The notes under the pieces: generated by a model | The model's database searches: none | The model's input: only the letters and a program-made list of their open reading frames with translations | What the model was told of the DNA's origin: nothing | In this document: piece after piece, positions 62,360-64,000 of the stretch | How the letters are laid out: each line of letters opens with the position of its first letter | How positions within the stretch are numbered: the first letter of the stretch is position 1 | NCBI GenBank assembly: GCA_002633005.1 | Contig: NMRA01000306.1 | Coordinates: forward strand, 423,568 to 487,567 | Source of the DNA: Phoronis australis | Taxonomy: Eukaryota > Animalia > Phoronida | Direction of reading: 5' to 3' | DNA: 64,000 nucleotides | Position numbers and translations under genes: made by a program

Positions 62360-63624
62360 TCAGCTTTGTATATCGCAGTGAGCCTCGCTTTGGATTTTAA
62401 TGGCCGCCACTTGAGTTAGGTCTTTTGCATGCACAAATGGCAAAAGCGCAACGTTTCGGCACGAAGAGACAAATGTAGTTTCGTGATGAACTGAGGATGA
62501 CTTTGTCATCCCACGACTGTCTTGCCTGGGTACATGCTTTATTCTGCTCACTTTTTTCACAACTCAACTTCGCCATACTCTGCATGGCACCGTTTATATG
62601 TACTTGAGCATGTAGGCAAGGAAAGCTGTGCACTCCGCGTATCTCCCATTTCGAAACTTCCAGTTAAACCGCATTTTGATTAATGTTTTTATGAGTGTTT
62701 GTTCAATTACAAGATAATATGACACGCCTGAACAGAATCTGTCACTTCCCCTTATGGCATGGTGGCCGTTAACAAAGGTGCTGTACACGTCTGGATGGGT
62801 GTCGTTGAGTTGCTGTATCTGTTACAAGTACATGTATCTGAATGCGTATTTTGCATAAACGTTGTGACCAGGAGCTGCAAAGTAAGGCAACCATCTTCAT
62901 ATATTGTATCGGGTTCGATTTTGCAAGGACAAGTCTGATTTGTGTGCTTCCATTTTAATGGATTCTTACAAGACACTCCGAAGAGTATACATCGCTGCGC
63001 ATAGACGTCACGCCGACAATAAGATCATCAGATAGCTTCAGACCAGCCTTCAAAGCATCAGCAAGTATATCACTGGTCACTGGTCCTTCCGGCGAACCAT
63101 TCTCTGCCACTGCGAATTCTGAAGACTTATACTCTGATTCAATCGTCTTTAAATATATCAGTGGCAGTATGTCGGAAGCCGGAAGTGCACTCTCGTGAGG
63201 GTATGCCACTGTAATCCAATAAGGTTCAGAATCGGAAGACCCTGCTTGTGCATTGCATATCCAAGTGTAAACATATCTAGTTATGTGATCAGTTAGGATG
63301 TCTGAAGAATATGTCTCCATGTATTCTGACGAACCAACCTTTGTGTACAAGCATTGAATTGCTCCACATTTTAATACGGAATCTGTATGTTCTGTGTGGG
63401 TGACATTCGGTACTCCTGGAATTTCTGAAGAACGGGAACTTCTTTCTTCAAATCGTGAATTCATTGGTTCTGTATTTCTGTTACTTGATCTGTCAATATT
63501 TGGAAGTGGGGTGTTGAATGCTCTGGCTGTTATAATAGCATCATTGCCGAGTGTACCAACATATACCCCCTCACTGCTTCATCCACACTTTTTCCATTTA
63601 ACATAAGGATCACGCTGTTTGGTG
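62360..63624 (-). pseudogene. Degraded cysteine-containing coding-like segment of unknown identity
   Basis: 169-aa ORF 62955-63464 extends upstream through one TGA and is followed by overlapping frameshifted ORFs (62752-62976, 62594-62788, 62397-62633). Confidence 0.4.
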
Positions 63625-63721
63625 ACCATGTATTTAAAGGGCTCGCGAAATCGAGGCTGTTAATCTATCACCACTAGTACACGCACGCCCTCTAGTTATT
63701 GTAGATTTTCCGAATAGCCCC
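63625..63721 (-). mobile_element. Solo 97-bp terminal fragment of the ISL2EU-type element
   Basis: Near-identical to 37334-37431, including TIR and flanking AT. Confidence 0.92.
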
Positions 63722-64000
63722 ATTCACACAACTTGTAATATCGGTTGAATTAAGTATAACCAACTTTGCATTGTACAAAAGAACCTTTGTGTACACATGT
63801 TTTTATCTGATAACAATTCTTTACCCTGCATTGAGAACAACAATTTCAGGGAATAGCATTTCAAGCATTTATTTTCATATATTTTTGGAAAGAACGCAAT
63901 GCTTTGACACTCAGTAACAGTAGCACTTTTGTGCAGTCGCCATATCAACTTTCAAATGAACAAGAGTTAAGTATCAGTCCATGGATCCACCGACCACTGT

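Noticed and set aside
63579-63581. In-frame TGA after C-G as possible selenocysteine
   Set aside because: No recognisable selenoprotein motif or SECIS; downstream frameshifts favour pseudogene decay
49408-63721. Idea that the THAP fragment at 49408 is the missing other end of the 63721 ISL2EU terminus
   Set aside because: THAP sequence differs from that in copy 1 and no ggggctattcgga TIR precedes it

Overview
AT-rich animal (probably marine invertebrate) genomic scaffold with GT-AG introns, microsatellites and three assembly gaps (5307-5592, 34156-34497, 58190-58342). Host genes, all on the minus strand: a spliced MRH-domain (mannose-6-phosphate-receptor/ATG27-like) gene (~4.9-7.0 kb), a multi-exon gene of unrecognised product (~9.6-20 kb) and a divergent ANKH-like transporter with an uninterrupted CDS (26431-27924). 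Most of the rest is transposon-derived: degraded CR1/L2, Tx1 and RTE-X LINEs; a MITE family with 5-bp TSDs; two inverted copies plus a solo end of an ISL2EU-type element (AT TSD; SAP, YqaJ and THAP relics); a hAT-like element; an AcademH-like relic (transposase plus RecQ-like helicase); a possible Kolobok relic; and a head-to-tail Helentron/HINE-like array. All assignments come from manual motif recognition without database searches. No prokaryotic-type system (e.g. CRISPR) was seen.
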